Below, piece after piece: positions 1 through 11,535 of a DNA stretch of 64,000 bases. A model generated the notes under the pieces. It was given only the letters and a program-made list of their open reading frames with translations. It had not been told where the DNA came from and did not search any database. The DNA is from Alphaproteobacteria bacterium. Its GTDB lineage: Bacteria > Pseudomonadota > Alphaproteobacteria > UBA6615. The position numbers and the translations under genes were made by a program. Each line of letters starts with the position of its first letter. Position 1 is the first letter of the stretch. Where the stretch lies: assembly GCA_002727315.1 (NCBI GenBank), contig PBWR01000006.1:256094-320093 (forward strand), given 5' to 3'.

Positions 1-545
1 GCTTCGCCGTATATGCGGCGGTCGCCTTCGATACTGTCGCGCAGGGTCACCACGCGCGACGTCTCGACGATCTTCTCGATCGTTCCCGCCGGCACGACCC
101 GCACACCCTGGTTGGTCGACGGTGCGACGGTTCCGCCCTCGAGACACAGCGCAGCGGCATCGACATGCAGCAGCCCCGCGAGGTCGATTGTCAGAATCTC
201 GATCAGATGATCGAGCGAACGCGCCTTGAGCAGCGCCAGCACGGCCGCATGAACGCGGGTCTGGCTTTGCATGTTGGTCCGGCTGGCATCGATCAGGTCG
301 CTGCACTGATCATCCTTCCGGCTGAGCTCCGAGCGCACCCGCGCAAGCATCGCATCCTGCAGGTCGACGACCTCACCGCCGGACGGATCCGCATCATAGA
401 ACTCGCGCTCCGGTGGATACATGACCGACAGCAATTGCGGATGACGCTTCAGGAAATCCGGATTGTCGCGCAGAAAGTCCGACACCTGCGTGTCCGTCAG
501 CTCGGTGGCCGCTTGGGCGTCGGTCCTGGGTGCCTTGGTGGTCAA
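1..545 (-). CDS. DUF484-family protein (partial; C-terminal part lies beyond the left window edge)
   Basis: Absent from the ORF track because it runs off the window. My minus-strand translation starts at TTG 545..543, which follows an in-frame TAG. It reads LTTKAPRTDAQAATELTDTQVSDFLRDNPDFLKRHPQLLSVMYPPEREF...TNMQSQTRVHAAVLALLKARSLDHLIEIL and stays open to position 1. The N-terminal pattern (DFLR.NPDF..RHP.LL) matches my recollection of DUF484/YigA proteins. ORF 165..638 (+) is its antisense shadow. Confidence 0.6.
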   Translation of the reverse strand, partial: MTTKAPRTDAQAATELTDTQVSDFLRDNPDFLKRHPQLLSVMYPPEREFYDADPSGGEVVDLQDAMLARVRSELSRKDDQCSDLIDASRTNMQSQTRVHAAVLALLKARSLDHLIEILTIDLAGLLHVDAAALCLEGGTVAPSTNQGVRVVPAGTIEKIVETSRVVTLRDSIEGDRRIYGE

Positions 546-567
546 GGGTTCTGCCTAGCCCAGCCGC

Positions 568-1257
568 CTACTCGGCGGCGTCCTTGCGCTGATTCGCCTG
601 TTCCAGGATCGACTGCCCCGTCGATTCCCAGTCCTTGAGGAAGGCGTCGAGCCCCTTCTCCGTCAGCGGGTGCTGGTAGAGCTGGCGCAGCACATTCGGC
701 GGCACGGTCGCCACATGGGCACCGACGCGTGCCGAATCGATCACATGTGCAGGGCCGCGGATCGAGGCCACGAGCACCTCGGTCTCAAAATTGTCGTACT
801 GGTTGTAGATATCGACGATCTCCTCGATCAGGTCGAGGCCGCGCAGACCGATATCGTCGAGACGGCCGACAAACGGCGAGATGAAACTGGCACCGGCTTT
901 CGCCGCCAGAACCGCCTGCGCCGCGGAGAAGCACAAGGTGACGTTCACCAGGATGTCGCGGTCGCGCAGCGTCTTGCATGTCTTCAGGCCATTGGGCGTC
1001 AGCGGGACCTTGATGGCCACGTTCGAGGCCACCGAGGACAGCACCTCGGCCTCGGCCAACATCGTCTCCACATCGGTCGCCGTGACCTCGGCGCTGACCG
1101 GGCCGGGCACGACATCGCAAATCTCTGCAATCACATCGAGCATATTGCGGCCCGACTTGGCGATCAGCGATGGGTTGGTGGTGACTCCGTCCAGCAGCCC
1201 TGTGGCTGCCAGGTCGCGAATTTCCGCAAGATCGGCGGTATCTACAAAAAACTTCAT
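568..1257 (-). CDS. tal: transaldolase / fructose-6-phosphate aldolase family (short type)
   Basis: ORF 568..1413 (-). The conserved start [32 protein letters not shown] is the 53rd codon, so I trimmed the start to ATG 1257. The upstream 52 codons cross the divergent priA promoter region. Confidence 0.9.
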   Translation of the reverse strand: MKFFVDTADLAEIRDLAATGLLDGVTTNPSLIAKSGRNMLDVIAEICDVVPGPVSAEVTATDVETMLAEAEVLSSVASNVAIKVPLTPNGLKTCKTLRDRDILVNVTLCFSAAQAVLAAKAGASFISPFVGRLDDIGLRGLDLIEEIVDIYNQYDNFETEVLVASIRGPAHVIDSARVGAHVATVPPNVLRQLYQHPLTEKGLDAFLKDWESTGQSILEQANQRKDAAE

Positions 1258-1367
1258 TCTTTGAATTCCTTTTCCCGCATCGAGTTTCGAAGCACCAGGG
1301 AAAGTAACTATGAAAGCGCCTACGCCATGCGTTGTCCGCCTGCGAGTCGCTCGATAAAGTGTACCCG

Positions 1368-3572
1368 ATGCCCCTACCCGACACCACAGCACCCCAACAA
1401 CACGACACGGCAAATGCGCTCAGCGTTTTGCTGCCGCTGCCGGTCGTCGGGCCCTACGACTATCTGGCCCCGGAAGGGATGGACCCGGCGCCGGGTGACT
1501 ATGTCCATGTGCCACTGGGCTCTCGCGAACTGATTGGTGTTGTCTGGGGTCCCGCCGCAGGAGACGTGAGCGCCGAAAAGCTGCGCCCGATCACCGAGCG
1601 GATCGATACCCCTGCCATGCCCGAGGAGTTGCGGCGGTTCGTGGATTGGGTCGCCGCCTACACGCTGAGCGCACCGGGCGCAGTCCTTCGAATGGCCCTG
1701 CGTTCGCCCGAGGCGCTGCAACCGCCCAAGCCGATCACCGCGTACAAGGCCGGAGCTCTGCAGGAAGATATGCGCATGACTCCGGCCCGCGCCCGCGTGC
1801 TCGAATTGTTGCGCGACGGACCACCGCGCACCGCGCGAGATCTGTCGCGCGAGGCCGGCGTAGGAACAAGCGTGATCAAGGGACTTGCCAAGATGGGGGC
1901 GGTCGTCCCGATCGAGCTTGCCCCGCCGCCGGCCTTCGACGCGCCCGACATCGCCCGGCCGGGACTGGCATTGTCGGAAGCCCAATCCGAGGCCGCCATT
2001 CATCTGCGCGCCGGTGTGGAGGCTGACGGGTTCTCGGTCACCCTGCTCGACGGCGTGACCGGTTCGGGAAAGACCGAGGTCTATTTCGAAGCCGTCGCCG
2101 GCGCGCTGTCATCCGGCCGGCAGGTGCTCGTGCTGCTGCCCGAGATCGCGCTCACGCCCCAATGGCTCGAACGGTTCGAACGACGGTTCGGCACCGCGCC
2201 GGCCGTCTGGCATTCGGATTTGGGACAGACCCAACGCCGGACGACCTGGCGGTCGGTCGCGCGCGGAGAGGCGCGGGTCGTGGTCGGCGCGCGATCGGCG
2301 CTGTTCCTGCCCTACACCGAACTCGGCCTGGTGGTCGTGGACGAAGAGCATGAAACCGCCTTCAAGCAGGAAGACGGCGTTGCCTACAACGGGCGCGACA
2401 TGGCGATCGTCCGGGCCCAGATCGCCGACTGCCCGGTGGTGGTGGCCTCCGCAACGCCATCGCTGGAGACACGCATCAATGTGGAGCGGGATCGATACAA
2501 GGCGATCGCCCTGCCAGAACGTTTCGGATCGGCAAGCATGCCAATGGTCGAAACCGTCGACATGCGCGATTCCGAACTGCGCGCCGACCAGTTCCTGTCA
2601 CCCCAACTCATCGCGGCATTGAGCCAGACAACCGCGGAGGGGGAACAGGCCCTCCTGTTTCTGAACAGGCGGGGATACGCCCCCCTGACCCTGTGCCGGA
2701 CCTGTGGCCACCGCATGGCCTGCCCGAGTTGCAGCGCGTGGCTGACCGAACACCGGTTTCGCAAACGTCTGCAGTGTCACCACTGCGGATACGAGGAGCC
2801 GGCACCGACCCGGTGCCCGTCCTGTGACAATGCCAACACGATGGTGGCCTGCGGCCCGGGTGTGGAACGAATTGCCGAGGAGGTGCGCGCCCAGATGCCC
2901 GACGCGCGCATGGAGATCATGACCAGCGACACCATGCGCGGCCCGGATACCGCACAGCGGCTCGTACGTGCGGTGGAAGACAAGGAGATCGACGTCCTGA
3001 TCGGCACCCAGATGGTCGCCAAGGGACATCATTTCCCCAACCTGACCCTCGTCGGGATCGTCGATGCCGATCTGGGACTGGCCGGCGGCGATCTGCGCGC
3101 GGCCGAGCGAACCTACCAGGTCCTGCAGCAGGTCGCGGGCCGGGCTGGCCGCGCGGATCGGCCCGGGCGCGTGATGATCCAGACTTTTCAGCCCGAGCAC
3201 CCGGTGATGCAGGCCCTGGCCACCGGCGAACGGGACCGGTTCATGGAACTCGAGGCCGAAGCACGTGAAGCCGGCGGCTGGCCGCCGTTCGGCCGTCTTG
3301 CGGCGATCATCGTCTCGAGCCGGGATTCCGATCTGGCCGACGCACTGGCCCGCGACATGGCCCGGTGCGCGCCGAACAGTCCGGAGGTACGCGTGCTCGG
3401 CCCGGCCCCGGCGCCACTATCGTTGCTGCGCGGCCGGCATCGCCGTCGGCTGTTGCTAAAGACCGGCCGCGATCAGCCGTTGCAGGCCATCGTCCGGGAG
3501 TGGCTCTCGACCATCAAGGTCCCCTCCAAGGCCAGGGTGCGCGTCGACATCGATCCCTATAGTTTCCTGTAA
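1368..3572 (+). CDS. priA: primosomal protein N' (replication restart helicase PriA)
   Basis: ORF 1332..3572. It has Walker [12 protein letters not shown], a DEEH box (VVVDEEHE) and the Cys-rich zinc region [20 protein letters not shown]...[18 protein letters not shown]. The start is uncertain: TTG 1332 or ATG 1368. Confidence 0.9.
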   Translation: MPLPDTTAPQQHDTANALSVLLPLPVVGPYDYLAPEGMDPAPGDYVHVPLGSRELIGVVWGPAAGDVSAEKLRPITERIDTPAMPEELRRFVDWVAAYTLSAPGAVLRMALRSPEALQPPKPITAYKAGALQEDMRMTPARARVLELLRDGPPRTARDLSREAGVGTSVIKGLAKMGAVVPIELAPPPAFDAPDIARPGLALSEAQSEAAIHLRAGVEADGFSVTLLDGVTGSGKTEVYFEAVAGALSSGRQVLVLLPEIALTPQWLERFERRFGTAPAVWHSDLGQTQRRTTWRSVARGEARVVVGARSALFLPYTELGLVVVDEEHETAFKQEDGVAYNGRDMAIVRAQIADCPVVVASATPSLETRINVERDRYKAIALPERFGSASMPMVETVDMRDSELRADQFLSPQLIAALSQTTAEGEQALLFLNRRGYAPLTLCRTCGHRMACPSCSAWLTEHRFRKRLQCHHCGYEEPAPTRCPSCDNANTMVACGPGVERIAEEVRAQMPDARMEIMTSDTMRGPDTAQRLVRAVEDKEIDVLIGTQMVAKGHHFPNLTLVGIVDADLGLAGGDLRAAERTYQVLQQVAGRAGRADRPGRVMIQTFQPEHPVMQALATGERDRFMELEAEAREAGGWPPFGRLAAIIVSSRDSDLADALARDMARCAPNSPEVRVLGPAPAPLSLLRGRHRRRLLLKTGRDQPLQAIVREWLSTIKVPSKARVRVDIDPYSFL

Positions 3573-3822
3573 CCACACGGCCGCCCGGCCGAACCATCGG
3601 TCTGCGCTGATTTGTCGCCATCTGAAATCAGCAAAAGACCGCCGCTTTTCTAAAGTTTTTGCGCTGCGGTACGCTTGCCAGCCCCCAAGGCGTGTGCTAC
3701 CAAGCGCCTGCCGCGTTGACGGGTCTCAACACGTTGGCTGGCAGCCGATTATTATCGTTTGATATCAATCGGTTATAAAAAATCGCGAAAGCAAAAATCG
3801 GGCCCAGGGGGGCAGTCGCAAA

Positions 3823-4380
3823 GTGGCGGCGAATAGAAGTGTTGTCGGCGATATCGCGGAACGTTACGGGCTCGCCTTGTACGAGCTTGCCGACGAGGCC
3901 AAGTGCCTCGACGAGGTGGCCGCCGATCTGACCGATCTCAAGCAACTTATTGCCGAGAGTGACGACCTGGACAAGCTCCTGCGCTCGCCGCTGCTCGATC
4001 GCGATGACAAGGCACGGGCCATCACCGCAATCCTTGAACAGGGCGGCGCCAATACGCTGACCCGTCGTTTCGTCGGGGTCGCGGCCGGCAACAACCGGTT
4101 GTTCGCCCTCGCGAACATGATCGATGCCTATCTGGCCGAACTAGCACGCCGGCGCGGTGAAATCACCGCCCAGGTGACGTCGGCGCGGGCCTTGAACGAC
4201 GAACAACTGCAGCAGCTCACCGAGAGCCTGCATGCAAAACTAGGTGGAAAAATAGCCGTCGAACCGAATGTCGACCCCTCGCTCATTGGCGGGCTGGTGG
4301 TCCGGGTCGGTTCGCGGATGATCGATGCATCGCTGAAGACAAAACTTCAGCGCCTGCAATACGCCATGAAGGGAGCGTAG
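3823..4380 (+). CDS. atpH: F1 ATP synthase subunit delta (OSCP)
   Basis: 185 aa, first gene of an atpH-A-G-D-C order. It has the typical delta pattern (RYGLALYELA...LLRSPLL...RRRGEITAQVTSA..L...). GTG start with a G-rich RBS about 11 nt upstream. Confidence 0.88.
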   Translation: MAANRSVVGDIAERYGLALYELADEAKCLDEVAADLTDLKQLIAESDDLDKLLRSPLLDRDDKARAITAILEQGGANTLTRRFVGVAAGNNRLFALANMIDAYLAELARRRGEITAQVTSARALNDEQLQQLTESLHAKLGGKIAVEPNVDPSLIGGLVVRVGSRMIDASLKTKLQRLQYAMKGA

Positions 4381-4383
4381 AGG

Positions 4384-5913
4384 ATGGAAATTCGTGCCGC
4401 GGAAATTTCGGCGATCCTGAAAGATCAGATTGCCAATTTCGATGCCGAGGCCGACGTCTCTGAAGTGGGCCAGGTCCTTTCGGTCGGTGACGGTGTCGCG
4501 CGCGTTTACGGGCTCGACAATGTCCAGGCCGGTGAAATGGTCGAGTTCCCGGGTGGAATCGTGGGAATGGCGCTGAACCTCGAGACCGACAATGTCGGTG
4601 TCGTCATCTTCGGCGATGACCGCGACATCAAGGAAGGCGACACGGTCAAGCGGACCGGCGACATTGTCGACGTTCCGGTCGGCAAGGGCCTGATGGGCCG
4701 CGTCGTGGACGCGCTGGGCAACCCGATCGACGGTGCCGGCGACCTGGACAACAGCGAACGCCGCCTGGTGGACGTCAAGGCCCCGGGCATCATCCCGCGT
4801 GAATCGGTCAGCGAACCGGTACAGACCGGCCTGAAGGCGCTCGATGCACTGGTCCCGGTTGGACGCGGACAGCGCGAACTGATCATCGGTGACCGCCAGA
4901 CCGGCAAGACGGCCGTGATCCTCGATACGATCCTGAATCAGAAGAAAATCAACGAAATCGGCGACGAGTCGAAGAAGCTGTATTGCATCTACGTCGCGGT
5001 CGGCCAGAAACGTTCGACGGTGGCGCAGGTTGTAAAGACCCTCCAGGAATATGGGGCGATGGACTACACCATCGTCGTGGCCGCGACCGCTTCGGAACCC
5101 GCCCCGCTACAGTTCCTGGCGCCTTATGCCGGCTGTGCGATGGGAGAGTATTTCCGCGACAACGGCATGCACGCGGTCATCTTCTATGACGATCTGTCGA
5201 AGCAGGCGACGGCCTACCGCCAGATGTCGCTGCTGCTGCGTCGCCCACCGGGACGCGAAGCGTTCCCCGGTGACGTGTTCTATCTCCATTCTCGGTTGCT
5301 CGAGCGCGCCGCGAAGATGGGCCCGGACAGCGGCTCTGGTTCACTGACGGCCCTGCCGGTGATCGAAACACAGGCCAACGACGTCTCGGCCTATATCCCG
5401 ACCAACGTGATTTCGATCACGGACGGCCAGATCTTCCTGGAAACCGACCTGTTCTATAAGGGCGTCCGCCCTGCGATTAACGTCGGCCTGTCGGTGAGCC
5501 GCGTGGGTTCTGCGGCGCAGACCAAGGCCATGAAGTCCGTCGCCGGCACGATCAAGCTCGAGCTCGCCCAGTACCGCGAGATGGAGGCGTTCTCACAGTT
5601 CGCGTCGGATCTCGACCGGGTGACCCAGCGGCTGCTGGCCCGTGGTGCGCGCCTGACCGAGTTGCTAAAGCAGCCCCAGTATGCGCCGCTCGCGGTGGAA
5701 GATCAGGTTGCCGCCATCTTCGCCGGCGTGCGTGGGCATCTTGACGGTATCGCGGTCAACGATGTGAACCGCTTCGAGGCCCAGTTCCTCGATCATGTGC
5801 GGGACAATCACGCGGATATCCTCACCGATATCCGCGAGAGCGGCGCACTGAGCGAAGAGACCGAGAAGAAGCTCGAAGACGCAGCTTCGGCCTTCGTGAA
5901 GACCTTCGCGTAG
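4384..5913 (+). CDS. atpA: F1 ATP synthase subunit alpha
   Basis: 509 aa with Walker [10 protein letters not shown]. The sequence is unmistakably alpha subunit ([16 protein letters not shown]...). Confidence 0.97.
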   Translation: MEIRAAEISAILKDQIANFDAEADVSEVGQVLSVGDGVARVYGLDNVQAGEMVEFPGGIVGMALNLETDNVGVVIFGDDRDIKEGDTVKRTGDIVDVPVGKGLMGRVVDALGNPIDGAGDLDNSERRLVDVKAPGIIPRESVSEPVQTGLKALDALVPVGRGQRELIIGDRQTGKTAVILDTILNQKKINEIGDESKKLYCIYVAVGQKRSTVAQVVKTLQEYGAMDYTIVVAATASEPAPLQFLAPYAGCAMGEYFRDNGMHAVIFYDDLSKQATAYRQMSLLLRRPPGREAFPGDVFYLHSRLLERAAKMGPDSGSGSLTALPVIETQANDVSAYIPTNVISITDGQIFLETDLFYKGVRPAINVGLSVSRVGSAAQTKAMKSVAGTIKLELAQYREMEAFSQFASDLDRVTQRLLARGARLTELLKQPQYAPLAVEDQVAAIFAGVRGHLDGIAVNDVNRFEAQFLDHVRDNHADILTDIRESGALSEETEKKLEDAASAFVKTFA

Positions 5914-5948
5914 CGCGGACCGGAACTTAGCAGGATAGCGACGGCACG

Positions 5949-6848
5949 ATGGCGAGCCTCAAGGATTTCCGGGTCCGGATCACGTCGGTGAAATCGACGC
6001 AGCGGATTACGTCGGCGATGAAGATGGTCGCCGCCGCAAAGCTGCGCCGCGCCCAGGAAGAGGCGATCGCCGCACGTCCCTACTCCGAACGGATGGAGCG
6101 CATGCTCGGCTCCCTCGCCGAAGCTGCTGTCAAGGCCGGCAATGCACCCCCGCTCCTGTCGGGCAGCGGCAAGGACGATATTCAACTGTTGGTGGTGATG
6201 ACATCGGATCGTGGCCTGTGCGGTGGCTTCAATGGCAGCATCAGTCGTGTGGTACGCCAGCGTATTCTGGCGCTGCAGGCCGACGGCAAAGAGGTCAAGC
6301 TGCTCATCATCGGTCGCAAGGGTCGCGGCATCCTTCGTGGAGAGTTCGGCAGCCTGATCATCGACACGCTCGAGGATACGGCGAACCCGGCGCCCCAGTT
6401 CGAGACCGCCGCCCAGATCGCCCAGCGCGTCCGAGACATGTTCGAGGCGGGCGAGGCCCATGTCTGCACAATCATCTACAACAAGTTCATTTCCGCGCTG
6501 ACCCAGGAAGTGACCCCGCAGCAGCTCATCCCCTTCGCCCTTCCCGAGACGGAGTCCGGGGAAGCCGAAGACGGTGATGCCACGGACACCAGCGCGTTCT
6601 ACGAATACGAGCCGGACGAGAAGGAGATCCTGACGGATCTGCTGCCGCGAAATCTTTCCGTCCAGGTCTTCCGGGCCATGCTCGAATCCTTCGCATCCGA
6701 ACAGGGTGCACGGATGACGGCGATGGACAGTGCGACACGCAACGCCGGCGAAATGATCGACCGGCTGACCATCGAATACAACCGCACACGTCAGGCGGCG
6801 ATCACCACTGAACTCATCGAAATTATCTCTGGCGCGGAAGCGCTTTAG
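5949..6848 (+). CDS. atpG: F1 ATP synthase subunit gamma
   Basis: 299 aa. N-terminus [36 protein letters not shown] and C-terminus [15 protein letters not shown] are typical of gamma. Confidence 0.95.
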   Translation: MASLKDFRVRITSVKSTQRITSAMKMVAAAKLRRAQEEAIAARPYSERMERMLGSLAEAAVKAGNAPPLLSGSGKDDIQLLVVMTSDRGLCGGFNGSISRVVRQRILALQADGKEVKLLIIGRKGRGILRGEFGSLIIDTLEDTANPAPQFETAAQIAQRVRDMFEAGEAHVCTIIYNKFISALTQEVTPQQLIPFALPETESGEAEDGDATDTSAFYEYEPDEKEILTDLLPRNLSVQVFRAMLESFASEQGARMTAMDSATRNAGEMIDRLTIEYNRTRQAAITTELIEIISGAEAL

Positions 6849-8737
<1,889 letters not shown>

Positions 8738-8750
8738 AATCAATCATTTG

Positions 8751-8781
8751 CCCTGAATTTCGCGCTTGTGCACAGGGTTTT
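8751..8781 (+). terminator. weak candidate intrinsic terminator after atpC
   Basis: CCCTG (8751-8755) and CAGGG (8773-8777) are followed by TTTT. The stem is short and the loop long, so this is weak. Confidence 0.25.
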
Positions 8782-8821
8782 GACTATCTCCTGCTCCCGA
8801 CGATATATAATGATCGTCGGG
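8780..8821 (+). promoter_or_regulatory. candidate sigma70-type promoter with a 9-bp inverted repeat bracketing the -10 element
   Basis: TTGACT sits at 8780-8785. A TATATA/TATAAT box at about 8804-8810 lies inside the inverted repeat CCCGACGAT (8796-8804) / ATCGTCGGG (8813-8821), about 40 nt upstream of ATG 8860. Confidence 0.35.
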
Positions 8822-8859
8822 GTGCGCGGATTCGCCCGCGACGCGTTGATAGTGACGGC

Positions 8860-9690
8860 ATGAGCGAACAGCAGAACAGGTACTGGACTCTGGACGACAT
8901 TCCTTGGGATCAGTTCGACCCCTCCAAGGTCGACCCCGAGATGATGCGGATCGTCAAGGCCGCGGCCATGGTGGAGTTCAACGGCTACACCTATGCCGAG
9001 TATCTCTGCAGCGTTTTCAACGACGACCCGGCGTTCCAGGACGCCGCGCGCCGCTGGGCACTGGAAGAAGTCCAGCATGGCAAGGCGCTCGCACGTTGGG
9101 CCCAGATAGCTGATCCGGAATTCGATTTCGATGCGCGCTTCGCGGATTTCTCGGAAAAGATCCAGCTGCCCGTAGCTGCCGAGGAATCGGTTCGCGGCAC
9201 GCGATGCGGCGAGCTCGTCGCGCGATGCATGGTCGAGGTCGGTACCTCGTCCTACTACACCGCCCTTCGCGAGGCGACGGATGAGCCGGTGTTGGGGGCC
9301 ATCTGCGAGAAGATCGCCCAGGACGAAATTCGTCACTACAAGCTGTTCTACACCCACATGGAACGCTACCGGCATATCGAGCAGCTCGGGAAGATCAAAC
9401 GCCTGATGGTCGGGGTCGGCCGTATCGGCGAAAGCGAAGACGACGAACTGGCCTATGCCTATTACGCGGCGAACAACAACGGCGAACCCTACGACCGCAA
9501 ACGCTGCATCCGCGCCTACATGTCGTGCGCCTACGGGTTCTACCAGACACACCATGTGGAACGCGCCGTCACCTTGATCTTCAAGGCCATCGGCTTCTCA
9601 CCCCATGGGCGCCTGGCAAACATGATCGCGCGGATGGCCTGCTGGTTCCTGAATTTCCGCTCAGGCCCCGACGAACACGCACCCGCCTGA
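8860..9690 (+). CDS. ferritin-like di-iron carboxylate protein of unknown function
   Basis: 276 aa with two E..H motifs (ALEEVQHG and AQDEIRHY), as expected for a di-iron four-helix bundle. The opposite-strand ORF 8740..9555 has no recognisable features. Confidence 0.7.
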   Translation: MSEQQNRYWTLDDIPWDQFDPSKVDPEMMRIVKAAAMVEFNGYTYAEYLCSVFNDDPAFQDAARRWALEEVQHGKALARWAQIADPEFDFDARFADFSEKIQLPVAAEESVRGTRCGELVARCMVEVGTSSYYTALREATDEPVLGAICEKIAQDEIRHYKLFYTHMERYRHIEQLGKIKRLMVGVGRIGESEDDELAYAYYAANNNGEPYDRKRCIRAYMSCAYGFYQTHHVERAVTLIFKAIGFSPHGRLANMIARMACWFLNFRSGPDEHAPA

Positions 9691-9696
9691 CATCCG

Positions 9697-10206
9697 TCAT
9701 GACGACCGGCGCGCAGCCTCTTCCAGAACAGGCCGGAACGTCTCTACGAGCAATTCGTAGACGGGTCGCTTGAAATCGACGATAAGCTCGGTGACTTCCG
9801 CGAATTCAACCCATTGCCAGCGGTCGAACTCCGGCTCCTCGACGCCGAGAATGTCGATCTCGTCGTCCGGGCCCAGATGGCGAAACATGAACCATTTCTG
9901 GACCTGCCCGCGCCACCGGCCCTTCCAGGCACGGCTGCGCAGATCGTCCGGCAGTTCGTACTTCAACCAATCCTGAGATTCCGCGAGGAACGAGACGTTC
10001 GATACGCCGGTCTCCTCATGCAGCTCACGAAGGGCGGCCTTGCGTGGGTCCTCGCCCGCATCGATACCCCCCTGGGGCATCTGCCATGCACCGGGATAGT
10101 CATTGCGCTCACCGACCCAGACCTGGTCTGCATCGTTCACCAGCACGACACCTGCACATGGCCGGTAGTCCTGCGCGTCTTCGGCGCGGGCGATCCGTAA
10201 GCTCAA
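9697..10206 (-). CDS. rppH: RNA pyrophosphohydrolase (Nudix)
   Basis: ORF 9697..10281. The Nudix box is GGIDAGEDPRKAALRELHEETGV and the N-terminal YRPCAGVVLVN is typical of RppH. The proposed TTG start at 10206 overlaps the upstream TGA as TTGA. The alternative start is 10281. Confidence 0.82.
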   Translation of the reverse strand: MSLRIARAEDAQDYRPCAGVVLVNDADQVWVGERNDYPGAWQMPQGGIDAGEDPRKAALRELHEETGVSNVSFLAESQDWLKYELPDDLRSRAWKGRWRGQVQKWFMFRHLGPDDEIDILGVEEPEFDRWQWVEFAEVTELIVDFKRPVYELLVETFRPVLEEAARRSS

Positions 10207-11507
10207 CGGTCGGCCTGCCGGTCCACCACCGCCGAGACCGGCACCAGCGACAGCCCGCGGCTCTTGAGGGTCTTCGACCATTCCCGGATCCGTTCAATCG
10301 TCACGGGGAAGGCCTGGCCGATCGCAATGGAGACACCCGCCTCCTGGGCAATTCGCTCGAGCTCGCTGAGGCGCGCATCGATGGTCACGCGTGAGACTTC
10401 ACGCGCATCCAGAAACCGGTCGTTGATGGCGCGCGGCACGCCCATCTCGGACGCCATGACGGTCGCAACACTGCGGGCCGACGCCCTGGCATCCACATAG
10501 AGGAGCCCGCGTGCCTTCAACTCCGCTAGGACCGGTTGCATGGATTCCCGCGACGTCGTGAACCGGGAGCCCATGTGATTGAGCACACCCACATAGCCGG
10601 CGACCCGCGACAGTGCCCAGCGCAGGCGTTCTTCGTTTTCATCCGGTGAGAGTGTGACGAACAGCGCCCGGGGACCGGGATCGCTCTCGGGGAAGTCGAT
10701 CGGCTCCATGGGAACGTTCAGCAACACCTCATGTCCCGCGGCACGGGCGAGCCGTATCCACTGCTGGATATTGTCGGCAAAGGGCTGGAAGGCCAGCGTG
10801 ACCTCTCCGGGCAATTCCTGGATGGCCGCTTCCGTTGCGGCACTGGACAAACCAAGCCCGCTCACGATCACCGCAACGCGCGGCCGATCTTCCGGTGTCT
10901 TCTCGGGGCGCGCATAGACCTGCCAGGGTTCGCGGCCGTTCGGGCCGATGCGCGGCAAGGCCCCGAACGAGGACCTCTCGACCAATGCGGGATCGGGCGC
11001 CGGCACGAGGCTTCGGCCCGTCTGGAGCGCTTCGGGCACCGGCGGCGGCGGCGGCGCTGTGGCAACAGTGGTTTCCGGCGCGGGCGACGGCTTCACGGCA
11101 GGTGCGGCCGTTTCAGCCGGCGGTGCCGGTTCGGGCGTTTCCATGGTTTCGGTGGTATCGCGACCGGGTTCACCATCGGTGGCAGCCGGCGGTGCCGGTT
11201 CGGGCGTTTCCATGGTTTCGGCGGTATCGCGACCGGGTTCACCATCGGTGGCAGCCGCCACTGCCGGTTCCTGCGGCGGATCGCTCTCGGGTGCCGTAGC
11301 CGGCGGGTCCCAGCGCGCGCTGTCCGGAGAGGCCGGTTCGGGAGATTCAGCGAACGGCTCGGCCACCGGATCGGTCGTCAGCCCGATCCCGACCGCCGCG
11401 GCGAGCCCAGCCAGGACAAGAAACAGGACAAAGGCAACAATCCAGGGCACGACAGTGCGGCCATCGGCCTTTTGTGTCCGTTCCCCGATGTCCTCGCTCA
11501 TTCCCAA
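10203..11507 (-). CDS. divergent polysaccharide deacetylase family protein (YibQ-like) with an N-terminal TM helix and a Pro/Glu/Thr-rich linker
   Basis: 434 aa. The TM segment is VVPWIVAFVLFLVLAGLAAAVGIGL. The C-terminal domain (RVAVIVSGLGLS...LNHMGSRFT...) matches my recollection of PF04748. It sits between ctpA and rppH, which is the conserved position. Confidence 0.8.
   Translation of the reverse strand: MGMSEDIGERTQKADGRTVVPWIVAFVLFLVLAGLAAAVGIGLTTDPVAEPFAESPEPASPDSARWDPPATAPESDPPQEPAVAAATDGEPGRDTAETMETPEPAPPAATDGEPGRDTTETMETPEPAPPAETAAPAVKPSPAPETTVATAPPPPPVPEALQTGRSLVPAPDPALVERSSFGALPRIGPNGREPWQVYARPEKTPEDRPRVAVIVSGLGLSSAATEAAIQELPGEVTLAFQPFADNIQQWIRLARAAGHEVLLNVPMEPIDFPESDPGPRALFVTLSPDENEERLRWALSRVAGYVGVLNHMGSRFTTSRESMQPVLAELKARGLLYVDARASARSVATVMASEMGVPRAINDRFLDAREVSRVTIDARLSELERIAQEAGVSIAIGQAFPVTIERIREWSKTLKSRGLSLVPVSAVVDRQADR
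11119..11256. repeat. tandem duplication, 2 x 69 bp with 1 mismatch, inside the deacetylase linker
   Basis: Copy 1 (11119-11187) and copy 2 (11188-11256) differ only at tcggTggtat versus tcggCggtat. Together they encode the repeated peptide ATDGEPGRDT(A/T)ETMETPEPAPPA. Confidence 0.9.
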
Positions 11508-11535
11508 ACCCGCGTGAAGGGGCGGCGCTGGCCGC

